In this document: in pieces, positions 43,327 through 55,200 of the stretch | Layout: each line of letters begins with the position of its first letter | Numbering within the stretch: the first letter of the stretch is position 1 | Assembly: GCA_963676915.2 (NCBI GenBank) | Contig: CAXXVK010000053.1 | Location: 96,001-160,000 of the forward strand | DNA from: Myxococcota bacterium | GTDB lineage: Bacteria; Myxococcota_A; SURF-8; G963663525 | Length of the DNA: 64,000 bases | Direction of reading: 5' to 3' | Made by a program: the position numbers and the translations under genes | The notes under the pieces: model-generated | Databases searched by the model: none | Seen by the model: only the letters and a program-made list of their open reading frames with translations | What the model was told of the DNA's origin: nothing

Positions 43327-44559
43327 TTATAAGGTCGTAAGCCGGTCAAGATTCCGGCAGGCCACCTGGAACACTCTCAAGCCCATGTTTCGCCCGTACA
43401 TGCTCATGGCGTTTTCGTAGATTGCCATATCGCGTGTTTCCTCCGGCGGTGCGTGCCGGTATTCGTCGGGAAAGTGCAGATATCCTGCATAGCCGTCACA
43501 TTGGGAAGCGGCTATGGTGCTGTCCACTCCGCTGCAATACGCCATATCTTTGAGGGCGAGTGCAATCGACACCCCCAGGTCCGCCGGTGTACCGAGCAGG
43601 CAAAAATCCCCCAGACGAAAGCCTTTCATGGTCAACTCGTCGGACTGGCTGCCGTGAAACAGGAAATTCACGAGAAAGCGCAAAGGAAAATCAAGCAGAC
43701 GCGCCAACCATTGATCTTCGAAAAACGGCCTGGAATCGCAAGGAGGCATCGCCAAAGGCTGCTGACTCCAGACGAGCTCGGCATCGGAGGTTTTGGCCCC
43801 TTTCAGGCTGCGTCTCGCCGCCTCGACGATCGGTTCCACCTGCTGGTCGAGGTTGTCTTCCACCGAAATCGGCGACTCGGGAAACCATACATCCACCCCA
43901 CCTAACGCTCCTTGCACGTACATGGCGAAAGCCACATCCGTCGCTTCGAGACGCCGGACGACCTCTCCCGGAAAATCGCCGGAAACGCCCAAAGGGTCGC
44001 GCTCGGCGACGATCACGGGATGCCCCGGAAACGACACCAGCCAGCCTTCGTCTCGTTCCCGCTCGATTTTCAAACCGACGAACTGGTCGTCCACCGGGCC
44101 GTTCGGGTCGCGTCGGCTACGCGCCAGATGAGGAATGGAATCCGTTGTGGAAAACGTTTTGGCGGGTTGCAGATCGGCCACGGCTTGGCGGATCGCTTTT
44201 TCCCCATGGTGCAGCAGGTGAAGCAGCGCCCAGCGGCGATAGCGTCCCAAAGCGCGATGCCCGACCCAGCTATCGACGAACCCTCCCATCGCGGAATGGG
44301 AATGCGTCGCATGAACCACGAGTTTGATGGATAAATCCGCTACCCGGCCTTCCAACTGACGGCCTAATTCCTCGGTGATCATCAGCAGATCGAAGGCCAC
44401 CAGCACCACCGTTTGCGTTCTCTGTTTCAACGCCAAAGCCCGAACCGTCAACGGATCGCGCACATGGTCGCTCAAACGTTCGCCCAAACCGAAATACCCG
44501 GCCAGCGGGATCGGAACACTTGGCGTAAAATCGACGGAGGAAAACCCGGCTTCCAACAT
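43327..44559 (-). CDS. Neutral/alkaline ceramidase N-terminal-like hydrolase
   Basis: AGF..VDFTP..PLAGY, DPL.VRAL, ATHSHS, HP, SGDFPG, QGA.G. Confidence 0.72.
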   Translation of the reverse strand: MLEAGFSSVDFTPSVPIPLAGYFGLGERLSDHVRDPLTVRALALKQRTQTVVLVAFDLLMITEELGRQLEGRVADLSIKLVVHATHSHSAMGGFVDSWVGHRALGRYRRWALLHLLHHGEKAIRQAVADLQPAKTFSTTDSIPHLARSRRDPNGPVDDQFVGLKIERERDEGWLVSFPGHPVIVAERDPLGVSGDFPGEVVRRLEATDVAFAMYVQGALGGVDVWFPESPISVEDNLDQQVEPIVEAARRSLKGAKTSDAELVWSQQPLAMPPCDSRPFFEDQWLARLLDFPLRFLVNFLFHGSQSDELTMKGFRLGDFCLLGTPADLGVSIALALKDMAYCSGVDSTIAASQCDGYAGYLHFPDEYRHAPPEETRDMAIYENAMSMYGRNMGLRVFQVACRNLDRLTTL

Positions 44560-44866
44560 GTATCACCCCGATTACTTTAAGTCTTTTCATCATAGCAGCG
44601 GCATCATAAAGATACCGACCCGATGCCGAAAATCGACATGAATTCATTGTAGCCTATGCGACGTGATTTGCAAGGAGGAGGAAGTCCCGACCTGCTTGAC
44701 AATCGGAAAATACCATGTACGATTCCCAGCAGAGAGATTCATTTAACAGGAACAAGAAACAAGATTTGATCAGGGAAGCCCCGAGGAGAGGGTTCAGGTG
44801 ACACGTCACCCCCCTCACCCGGTGTTGAAGTACCGATTCGCGATTTGTTTTTTTGGGGAGTACGAC

Positions 44867-45757
44867 ATGGCACGATGGATAGTGGTTTTCTGGAGCCTGT
44901 TTTTCATTTTCAGCCTGACGGGGTGTCTCGGGGACGATTCAGACGGCGAGCTTTCCGATTGGAATGGAGATCAAGAAGTAGGGGATGTGGAAAAAGACGA
45001 ATTCGAAGGTAGCCAGTTGCTCGAATTGACAGGCTGTGAAGGCTTTTTCGGTGCTCCCAACGAAAAAACGGGGATTGAACAGGGACTTTGCGGTCCGGTC
45101 TGCACCTGCGAAAATGGCGAGTTTGCACCCGAATACGACGAGGCGTTCGTTGCAGCCTTGAAAGAGTGGGTGTTGCTCAATCCACCGGAAGAACTCACCG
45201 AAGATCCCTATGCCAATCCGGATGCCTACCCGCGTCGGGACGACCAATTCTGCGCGGTGATGGTCGAGGATAGAGAACAAAAAACCTACAGACTCCAAAC
45301 CTTCGAAACCCTCGACGAATTGAAAAATGCAGGAGGCATTCTCACACATACCACCGCCTGTGCCAAGTGTTCCTCCCTCAACAGCTTAGCATTTCTCATT
45401 GAAATGCCCGATCAGACCGACCCTCTTCGCGAATGCGGACTGAAAGGACTCGGTGGGGATATTGAGCAAGTCGTTACTTGTATTGTGGAGTTGGGCTTCG
45501 AACGTCCCTGTGCGCAAGTCAATGCCTACAACATTCTAAATACCAGCGAACATTGTGGAACGATTTGTATGCAATTGCTGGCGGAGCCTTACCAAAATGA
45601 GGATGGTTCTCTCAACGAATGCATCCAATGCGACGAAGATAATGCCGGTGATATCTTCCGCGCTCTGGCAGGTCGGGCACGACGCAATGCAGGAATTCCC
45701 GCAGCGTTGTGCAGACCTTGCGAAAACATGACACATATTGTTCATAAGTACGAATAA
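44867..45757 (+). CDS. Cys-rich hypothetical lipoprotein
   Basis: Lipobox LTGC, GGAG RBS, many paired Cys, CIQCDE, GRARRNAGI. Confidence 0.7.
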   Translation: MARWIVVFWSLFFIFSLTGCLGDDSDGELSDWNGDQEVGDVEKDEFEGSQLLELTGCEGFFGAPNEKTGIEQGLCGPVCTCENGEFAPEYDEAFVAALKEWVLLNPPEELTEDPYANPDAYPRRDDQFCAVMVEDREQKTYRLQTFETLDELKNAGGILTHTTACAKCSSLNSLAFLIEMPDQTDPLRECGLKGLGGDIEQVVTCIVELGFERPCAQVNAYNILNTSEHCGTICMQLLAEPYQNEDGSLNECIQCDEDNAGDIFRALAGRARRNAGIPAALCRPCENMTHIVHKYE

Positions 45758-45806
45758 GACCCGAGGTTTCACCGATTCGTTCACACCCCCCAACAAATCA
45801 CAACGG

Positions 45807-46589
45807 CTACTTCTTTTTCGCCCGCGTTTTGGCTGCTTTTTTCTTGCCTTTGACGCTTTTCTTCTTCTTTTTCCTGGAGGTTTTGCTGCCGGTTACGAGT
45901 TCGTCCTCCAACTCGACTTCGACGCCTGTATCCCAGATCATTCGCCAGGACGGCATTGAAGCCCCTTCGGCCAGCCAGACCCCCAGCTCGGATTGGTGCT
46001 CGATCAGGACGAAATCCGGTTCGATGGCCAGAATCACGGTTCCCGGTGTGGGTTGATCGTCCACTTCGACCTTGATGTCATTTGCCTCGCACAGCATTCC
46101 TTTTCCGATAGATAGTATTGCGTAAGGCGTCTCGCCATCGGTTTCGATCCGTTTCAGGTGGATCTTGCCACCGATACGTCGCGGCGCTTTCCAATGGTCG
46201 TGACGATGGAGAACCATCACTTCCTCGGGGTAGCGTTTCAGACCCATAAAGTGTCGTTTCCGGTGGTATTTCGCCCAGGCGAGCGCTTTGGGTCGGTTGT
46301 GCCACAAGGGGCAATAACTCGGATCGGGTGCTGCCGGTGCGACCTTTTGGGTAAGAGTATTTTCTTCATCTTGCGAATCGTCCGAGTTGCTCGTAATGAC
46401 TCCCCAACGATCGTATTTCGGATAGGTAACGGTTTCGTTCTCGGGAGGAACCCAGTATTCTCCAGCTTCGCCGCCGGAATCTTTCCAGGCTTCGAAAGGT
46501 TTGACATCGTTTTCACCGGCCAGAGCAGGAAAAACACCGTAAAAAATCGTGACGAACGAGAAGATGAAGATGTACCGGGATGTTTTCAT
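45807..46589 (-). CDS. Secreted hypothetical protein with Lys-rich C-terminus
   Basis: Signal peptide ending ALA; 260-aa ORF. Confidence 0.6.
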   Translation of the reverse strand: MKTSRYIFIFSFVTIFYGVFPALAGENDVKPFEAWKDSGGEAGEYWVPPENETVTYPKYDRWGVITSNSDDSQDEENTLTQKVAPAAPDPSYCPLWHNRPKALAWAKYHRKRHFMGLKRYPEEVMVLHRHDHWKAPRRIGGKIHLKRIETDGETPYAILSIGKGMLCEANDIKVEVDDQPTPGTVILAIEPDFVLIEHQSELGVWLAEGASMPSWRMIWDTGVEVELEDELVTGSKTSRKKKKKSVKGKKKAAKTRAKKK

Positions 46590-46658
46590 CGCAATCCGCC
46601 ATAAAGAAAAGGGGCAGTCAGCCCCTTGAAAATAACGTGTAAAAGAGTTTCGAAACCG

Positions 46659-47237
46659 TTACAGTTTCGACTCGATCTCTTTTATCTCTTTTTTAACGCC
46701 TTTTTTCCACTCTTTGATCTTTTTAAACAATTCTTTGTAATCGTGCATCATCGGTTTGATCTGCTTTTTCTGGGATTCCAGCACGACCTGATATTTTTCG
46801 ATGTCTTCCTGAATCTTTTTCTGTTTTTTACGCGGCGAGGTCCGCAAGTCGAGCACGCGTTTGTCGTATTTTCGTTGATTGGCCACGTAACTGTTGCCGA
46901 ATTCGACGAGACTCATCATGGCATCGATGGTTTCGCCTTTGATTTTCATAATTTTTTCATCTTTGCATGAATCGGTGTATTTGGTTGTGCATTCTTTGAT
47001 GACATCCACCGCCTGCTGGTTACGATCCGGCTCGGTGGGAAGCATCTGCTGGTAATTCTGCAAGCCGATACGGTAACAAGTCATCAACGGCTTCATCGTT
47101 TTTTTGTAAAAATCATTGATCAGGCTGGCTTTGGCCTTGTGCATTTCCTTCAGTTCTTCTTTAGACTGAGCGAAAACCGACCCGCACCAGCACATGACCG
47201 TCATGCAAACCAACACCACGAGAACACGACGCAACAT
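46659..47237 (-). CDS. Secreted Lys-rich helical hypothetical protein
   Basis: GGAGG RBS, signal peptide ending VFA, coiled-coil-like. Confidence 0.6.
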   Translation of the reverse strand: MLRRVLVVLVCMTVMCWCGSVFAQSKEELKEMHKAKASLINDFYKKTMKPLMTCYRIGLQNYQQMLPTEPDRNQQAVDVIKECTTKYTDSCKDEKIMKIKGETIDAMMSLVEFGNSYVANQRKYDKRVLDLRTSPRKKQKKIQEDIEKYQVVLESQKKQIKPMMHDYKELFKKIKEWKKGVKKEIKEIESKL

Positions 47238-47373
47238 GGCTTTGCCTCCTTTTTTCATTGAAACATTCCAGACACTTTTTAGAATAATATAGCTCGCCCG
47301 CCGGGTCAAGTCCGATACGACCCGGACTTACCGAATTTCCAAAGGGAAGTCACGAATTTTCGGTCTATGAAAT

Positions 47374-48513
47374 TTACTGCGCTCCTTCGTAAAATTCGCA
47401 AAAATCAGGGAATTCGGAGGGCAGACCCTCGGTGGCGTAAAGAGAATCCTCGACTTCCCATGGATGGTCTGCGAAAAAGCGAATCGGTGCGAAATTCTGC
47501 ATCGAAGCAGGAATGTCGTGACCTCCGCCATGATTGCACAAAATGATATCATGACCCCGATCGTTGAGAAATTGCGTGTCGCTCACGGCGAATTCGCTGA
47601 ATTTCAGGGAATAGCCCATGATGGGACCATAGATATCCGTCGTATCGCCATGGGCGATGAACTGGGCGTACCGATGTTCCACGTTGTAGTCCGGCCACCC
47701 GAAAAAGCCCGACAAAAAGGCCGGTACGTCGTCCGTATTCTCGCCGTTGTTGATGTACCCGCCGGAAAACGCGACGACCGAGGCGATTTCCTCGCCACGG
47801 GCGGTCCCGAGTAAATCGCTCATGAAAGCGCCCGCCGAAAATCCCATCGTGTGGATATGGTCCCGGTCCACGCCCCATTTCTGGTCGATGCACTCCAATA
47901 CCTCGTCGTACAGGCGAAGTTCCTGGTTGGGTTCGTTGACCAACAGGTTATCCCAGTCCATACCGTACGGAGGCTGAATGTTGGTGTCTTCCGGTGTAAC
48001 GCCGATATACGGCATGACTTCGTTATCGACGTAATAGCCGATAAATGGTTCCATCTGATCGGCAGTCATACCCATGCCGTGCCAATTGAAGATCACGGGC
48101 CACGGACCACCGTTTTCCACGTTTTGAGGAAGCGAAATGATAAACGAGCGCGTCAGGCCGTCCACGGGAAATTCGTAGTTCCAGCCATCCACGAGATTCG
48201 CACAATGCTCGTCGATCTGGATTTCCTCTTCGATCTCCGGTTCCAACTCGGCAGGATCGTCTGCAAGGTCGTATTCCTCCGAATCGTCATCGGCCAGGTC
48301 ATCTTCGGATACAGGATCGGGATCTCCCTGAGGAATCGTTGTGTCTTGGTCATTTGTGTCCCAAGGAAGGCTTTCACTGGCTTCCTCCTGGCTGTCGTCA
48401 TCGCCTTGACCATCGGGGAGGCCGGATTCCTCGTCCTCGCCGAAACAGCCGAAAGCCAGAAACATCAGTGCCAGCAACCAAACCAGTCGTCCTCGTGAAT
48501 GAACGCGCTTCAT
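47374..48513 (-). CDS. Alpha/beta-hydrolase lipoprotein (PHB depolymerase/LpqC esterase-like)
   Basis: Lipobox AFGC; PVIFNWHG, GFSAG nucleophile, HG..D, GGGH. Confidence 0.78.
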   Translation of the reverse strand: MKRVHSRGRLVWLLALMFLAFGCFGEDEESGLPDGQGDDDSQEEASESLPWDTNDQDTTIPQGDPDPVSEDDLADDDSEEYDLADDPAELEPEIEEEIQIDEHCANLVDGWNYEFPVDGLTRSFIISLPQNVENGGPWPVIFNWHGMGMTADQMEPFIGYYVDNEVMPYIGVTPEDTNIQPPYGMDWDNLLVNEPNQELRLYDEVLECIDQKWGVDRDHIHTMGFSAGAFMSDLLGTARGEEIASVVAFSGGYINNGENTDDVPAFLSGFFGWPDYNVEHRYAQFIAHGDTTDIYGPIMGYSLKFSEFAVSDTQFLNDRGHDIILCNHGGGHDIPASMQNFAPIRFFADHPWEVEDSLYATEGLPSEFPDFCEFYEGAQ

Positions 48514-48748
48514 GAATCTCTCCCGCTCGGTCCGAGACGATAGCCCCGGAAGTTGTCGTTTTCTTTGGATGAAATGTCGTCGCTCTTCCAAATGAAGAGA
48601 TAGTATACCCGATTCACGTACATTTTCCAAAAGATACGATGAACGGGAAGATCCGCGATTGAATTCAAGCAGAGCACGCAAACCGTATCCCCCGATGCAG
48701 CGCCCATTGGAGACGTTGAAATGCAGTGTCCCAATAAACCACGTTTAT

Positions 48749-48951
48749 CCCGCGCTATTCATGGAGAATCTGGATAGCCCGGAAAATTTCTAAGAATCGT
48801 AGCGAGACGCAGTAAACCGACGAACTTTCACGACGTTGGAGCGATTTTCACCCGCAGGCATACTGAACAGTCTGTCGAGGATGAAAATCGTGAAACAAGT
48901 GAAAGATCGAGAGTTTTCAAGTCGCAGTAGATTCTTCATGAATTATCCGGG
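48749..48951. mobile_element. Putative 203-bp MITE with imperfect 23-bp TIRs
   Basis: CCCGcgcTATTCATGgAGAATCT ... AGATTCTtCATGAATtatcCGGG; internal inverted repeat CGATTTTCA..TGAAAATCG; no clear TSD. Confidence 0.55.
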
Positions 48952-49278
48952 ATAGGAACCACACGGGTTATTCCGCTCGTAGAAGCCATCCGAAAATACC
49001 ACCATCTTCGTCGAAGTTCTTTGGTTTTCGGCGTCTTGCTACGATCCTTATCACTCATACGGGTTCAAGCGTTTCACAAGTTGTTGGGAAGAAAATTGGC
49101 ACCGTATACAATCATCACTTCTGCGGTGTCCTTTTTCTAAAAGGGTCTGAGATCACCCTTTCCGAAACTTGAAACATACGAAAATAACATTGTATTTGGT
49201 GCAGCTTGCCGTTAGGATGGATGTTTGAAATGTTCGACATTTTTCGAGGGGATGATGCGCAGTAAGAAGGTGTGACCG

Positions 49279-52200
49279 TTGTTTGGGACCAAGCGAATTT
49301 GGAAGAAAGTATCAGCACTAAGCTGGTTTTTTATTTTGACCCTGGCGGCTCTTTCATCCGCATGGGGTGCCGAGGTTTCCGGCAGAGTTTCGGAAACCGG
49401 GAGCGGAGGTTTACCCGGTATCGAGGTGAGGCTCTGGTTTTCCACTGCCGACGGCTACGCCATTGCCCATTCGACCACGACCGACGCCAACGGCGACTAT
49501 CGGTTTCCCTCCGTTTCGGAAGGCACCTACAAACTCGATAGCCAAATGGTCTACCTCCCCGGTGGAGGCTCGAACAACTGGGTGCGAACCTGGTATGACG
49601 TGGAAACACCCGTCAACGATGGCCGAACCTTCGAAGAGGCGGACGAGATCGAGGTTTCGGCGACGGGCACCAACCTTTTCGATCTGCATATGGACGAAGG
49701 CGGTGGACTGGACGGTCGGGTACTGATCGATGCCGTGGCGACAGGAGGCATCAACGTTCGTGTCCAGCGCAAGGACGACGCCCGCGTTTACCTGCACCGC
49801 GTCACCGAGCAGCAATCGCCTTTGACCGGAAAATTCTTCTTTCGCGGTCTTCCGGCGGGAAATTACAGCGTTATCGTTCACGATCCCGAAGGCATCAAGG
49901 GTACGAGCGTGTTCGAGGGACCGTTCGTGGTGGCGGCGGGACTCAATGGCTACACGGGAGATCTTTCCCCGGCCAATCTTCCCACCGATCCGAACGAGCC
50001 GAACAACTCGTTTTACCGGTCTACGAGCATCGACGTATCCGGCGTGCGGCAGTTTCCGCAGGTCGTGTGGGAATCGTCTTCGACAACCATTGCCCCCAAA
50101 ACCGAAGATACCGACTTTTTCTGTTTCAACATGGTGGCGGGAGATCGCTTCGAGATCCGCACCGAAACGCCGTTGACGGTCGATGGCCAGGAGATTTCCC
50201 ATCCCTGGATGGACCCGGTCCTGGGGTTTTTCCGTATCACTGAATACCCTCTTTACAAAGACAACAATTCCGGTCCTGGCGGTCTCAACGCAAAGATCGA
50301 TACCGGCGAGTTGACCGAGGATGGAGAATTCTGCGTGGCGGTCAGTACTTCGGGCGATCTGGACGATTTCGACGGCGTGGGCCAGACGGTCGCAGGTGCC
50401 TATACCCTGCACATCGAAATGGCCAACCGTGTTCCACGCCTGTCCGTGACCTATGGCGACGGAACCCCTACTCCCCAGCCCCCCGGCCTGATCGGAGTCA
50501 ATGAAAACGATACGTTGGAGTTCCAACTGGCGTTCAGCGACCCGGACCGGAACGCCTTGACCGTCGGTGCAACGTTGTTTGATTACGAAGGAAACGAAAT
50601 CACACAAGGACTGGAATGGTCGGAAAACCTCGAAAGCGGCACCGCGACCCTTACATGGACGCTCGATGAGGCTGCCTCGATGGGCAGTCCGTACGAATTC
50701 CGCTTCATCGCCGATGACAGCGCGCTGAGCGCCATGGTGCAAGTGAACGTCCGGGTGTACGGAACCAATCTGGCTCCGACAACACCTGTTCTTGTATCGC
50801 CGGAACTCGGTTCCGAAGTTGCCACTTCGACTCCGTTTTTAAAGCTAGCCAACTCCAGTGATCCAGACGACGACGAGCTGCTGTACTCGTTCGAAATCTA
50901 TTACGACGAAAACCCGCTGGCCGACCCGAACGCCGTAATTCAGCAAATCGGTCTCGCACCGGAAAATCCGTCGGGAGAAACGAGCTGGCAACCGGCGGAA
51001 CTCCCTGAAAATACCTGGATATATTGGCGTGCCCGTGCCGATGATCGGCAGTTGTCCAATTCTTTCAGCGCTTGGACATTGCCCGGACGCTTTTTCGTCA
51101 ACTCGACCAACGACGCTCCCGTGCCGCCGGAAATTCTCGAACCGGCCTTCAACGAAGTGATTTATTCGCGTAACGTCACTCTGGAAGCGCAAAATACGGT
51201 CGATCCCGAAGGGGACGACGTAACAGTGGTTTTCCAGGTGGCATCGGACGACCTGTTCATGGATATCGTGACCGAAAGCCCGGAGATGGAACAGGATACA
51301 TTGTCCGGCAGAACGCTGTGGGCTCTCGATACGAAATTGGATTGGGGCACGACCTATTACGCCCGTTGTATGGGTATCGACAGCCATGGAGCCGTTGGCG
51401 AAGCAAGCCACACCGTGCGGTTTTCGATCGCTCCCAACATCGTTCCCGACGCTCCCACCTTGGGTGAACCCTTCGATAGCCAGTGCGAAGAGTACATTTA
51501 CCGGTTTGCACGCCCCGAAGCTTTTGAAGTGGTCAACGTGATCGATCCGGGAGAAGACACCGTCTATTATCATCTCCAGGTTTTCGATTTCGACGACCTC
51601 CCCGACTACCCCACGACGGTGCCCGTTGTCGATGCGTTGTATGCTTCCGCGCTATCACCCGCTGAAACAACCTCATTACCCGTAGATCCGGAACTTTTCG
51701 AGGAAAACGCGCACTACCGCATTCGCGTGCGCGCCTGGGACGAATACGGCTACACGCCGTTTTCGGAGTGTGATTTTTTCATCAACCTTACCGATGAGCC
51801 TCCGCTACCGGTGACGGTGCTGTCACCCGAGGAAGGCGCTGTGTTCCCGACCTCTACCACCGCAGTCACCGTCGTGGTGCAAAACACCTCCGATCCAGAC
51901 CAGCATCTGTTCGATGACGAAGACGGGGTGAAGATTTCTTACTGCTACGATCACGAACCGTTCCCCAACGGCTGCGACAACGGAAACCTCAGTTGGACCG
52001 ACATTCCGCAATCCTCCGCACTTACCGAAGAGTCGACGAGTTTTATCATCGGCGGACTTGCACGAGGTAGCCGAGTGTACCTGAAAGTGTGCGGTTTGCA
52101 CCGAAGTTGCGGTGAAACGACCGAACGTGCGTTTCGTGTCAACGACAACCTGCCTCCGGCGCGACCCACCATCTTTTTCCCGCGAGAAGGCTATATCACC

Positions 52201-55200
52201 GACGTGTTGCGCATCTCGACTTTCGGTCACTCCAACGGCGATCCCGACGAGGATTTCGTCGAACTGGGACAGTACGAGCTGTCGAACCAGGAAGATTTCG
52301 GCACCGTCCTGGCCTCTTCCAGTTGGATGGAGCGCGAGTGGGTGGAGACGATGAACGACTGGGGTTTCTACTGGGAACCGCCCATCACCCTAGTCTACAA
52401 CCAAGACTACTGGATTCGCTTCCGTACCCGAGATCTACCGCCCAGCGGTATTTCTCCCAGCGAAAGCGAATGGAGCGTCGTGCATTTTTCGACCGTAGAA
52501 GCCAACTCCCCGCCTCTCCCCCCCGAGATTCTCGCTCCACTGGACGGCGAATTGCTGGAAGGGTTGACGCTTGTGGCCGAAGCACGTCCTTTGAGCGACC
52601 CCAACGAGGACGAAATCAACGGCCTGTTTTTCGAGCTTTCCGACGATGAAACGTTCGAAACGTCTTTGCAAAATTCCGGTTGGCTGACCGAACGAACTCC
52701 CGAAGGTACTCTGCAATGGAATATCACCGGGCTGGAAATCGGCACCCGTTACTGGATTCGCGTCAAGAGCCGGGATGTCGGCTGGCTGGACGAAAGCGCC
52801 TGGTCCAAGGTCGGGTTTCTGTCCCGCTCTACGAACTCCGCTCCGACCACACCGGTCTGGATCACGCCACCGCCGGATCAGGGCGACAGTTTCCGCTCGT
52901 TCCCTGTGGAAATCATCTGGCAGTCTTCGACCGATGCCGACGGCGACAAGATTTTCTATACCGTCGAATTGTCCCGTATCGTGGATTTCCGTAACGGGTC
53001 GGTCGTTTCCCTGGTCGAAGACATGGACGACAACGAGTTTCCCGGACCTTTCAAAACCTTCATTCTTACCGAGGATGACGCCGGAGCCATTCAGGATCTA
53101 CCATTTTACCTGCGCGTTCGCGCACGAGACGAACTGGGCAGTCAGTCGGATTGGGCCTATACCCGGACGTTGATCAACACCAGCAACCGCGCTCCCGAAC
53201 TAGTCGATGTCCAAGTCCTTCCGACTCCGGCTTATAGCCATAACGACCTGATCGCCACCGCCACGAGCATCGACCCGGACGGCGATTTGCTCAACGGAAG
53301 CTGGCGTTGGTGGCGTTTCACTGAAGGAATCTGGACCGAGCACGGAAATACCTCGCAAGTGCTGGCTTCCTCCCAGACGCTACCCGGCGATTTGTGGAAA
53401 GTCGACTATACGGTGGACGACGGCTTGCGGACAATCGGTCCGGTGGAGTCCTCGCTCATTGAAGTGCTGGATTACTGTGAGGATTTCAATCCCTGCACTC
53501 ACAATATCTGGACGCCGGACGGCTGCTCCAACCGCGCTTTCGACAATGGTTCTCAATGCGATGTCGATGGCAAAGACGGCATGTGCACCGACGGCGTATG
53601 CCTGACGAATCGCGGACCGGCCTGCAACAAGCCTTTCGACATTTCGGTGGGAATCCCCCATCGGGATCATTGGCTCGTCAACAGCGCATTTTTGGGCAAA
53701 GAATGCCTCGGAGCCGAGCGCATCGGTCCGGACTTCTTCTTTCAATTCAATCCCTTAGCAGATATCACCTACCGGGTAACAATTGAGACGACCACCGGAA
53801 CCTCCGCAATAGCCCTGGCCTACCTGGAAACCTGTAATCTGTTGCCGGGGTGTTCCGATCACGCCCAGACAACCGAGGGAGAAACCTCCGTGTCGATGGA
53901 CATTTCCTCCGGTGATGCGGAGCCGCTGTTGTTCCTTGCGACTATCGAGGATACCGGCCTGTACGACAACCTGCCGATTCGGGTGGATGTACAACCCATC
54001 TGTACCACGGACGAAGACTGCTACGACGGTATCGACTGCACAGCCGAAACCTGTACCGCCGAGGGTGTTTGCAGCTACTTGCCAAATGATGAGACTTGCT
54101 CCGACGATATCTATTGCAACGGTGCGGAACGATGTCTGCCGTTTGTAGGCTGTACCTCCAGTGACGAGGTGGATTGCAACGACGGTATCGATTGCACCAC
54201 AGACGCCTGCGACGAAGAAGCACAGCAATGCACGCACGAGGCGAACGATGCCCTCTGCGACGATACATTTGATTGCAACGGTGTGGAAACCTGTGAACTA
54301 TCAACGGGTTGCATTCGTGGCGACGCCCCGGATTGCAGCGACGACGTAGAGTGCACCGTAGACCGTTGCGAGGAAACCAGCAGCGGTCCGTCGTGTGTCC
54401 ACATTCCGTTCCATTACAGTTGCGACGATCACGAAATGTGCACCGAAGATATCTGTCTGCCGGGTGAGGACGGCGGCTGCATCAACATCGACCGACCGGA
54501 CGACACCGGCTGCACCAGCGGCTCGTTGACGTCGCTGACCCCGGGAGTCTGCCGGACGGGAACCTGCATCGTGAACTGCACCACCGACGAGGAATGCAAC
54601 GATGCCATTCCCTGCACCATGGATCGCTGCAAAACGGACCATACCTGCGAAAACGTGCCCAGTCACGCCTTGTGCGACAACGACCGCACCTGCGACGGAA
54701 TCGAGCAATGCGTCCCGTTGATCGGCTGCATCTCGGGCCAGAGCATCGATTGCGACGATGGCATCGCCTGTACCGAGGACGAATGCAGCGAATCGCTCAA
54801 CCGTTGCGTTCACTATCCCAGGGATCTGGCCTGTTCCAACGGAAAAAGCTGCGACGGGCGGGAAATCTGCGACCGTGAAACCGGTTGCCAGACGATTTCC
54901 GTTCCCGATTGCAACGACAATATCGGCTGCACGCTGGACGGCTGTATGGAAAGCCCTACCGGCCCGCTATGCCTGCACGAAGTGGAAAACACTAATCTTT
55001 GCGACGACGACAAGCGCTGCACTTTCGACCGCTGCAACCCGGATTCCGGCTGCGAAAACGTCGATATTCCCGACGGCGCCAGTTGCGACGACGGCGACCA
55101 ATGCAACGGAATCGATACCTGTTATAGCGGTGTCTGCCGGGCGGGAGATCCTCCCGACTGCGAAGACGACGACCCCTGCACGATGACCGGTTGCAGTGCG

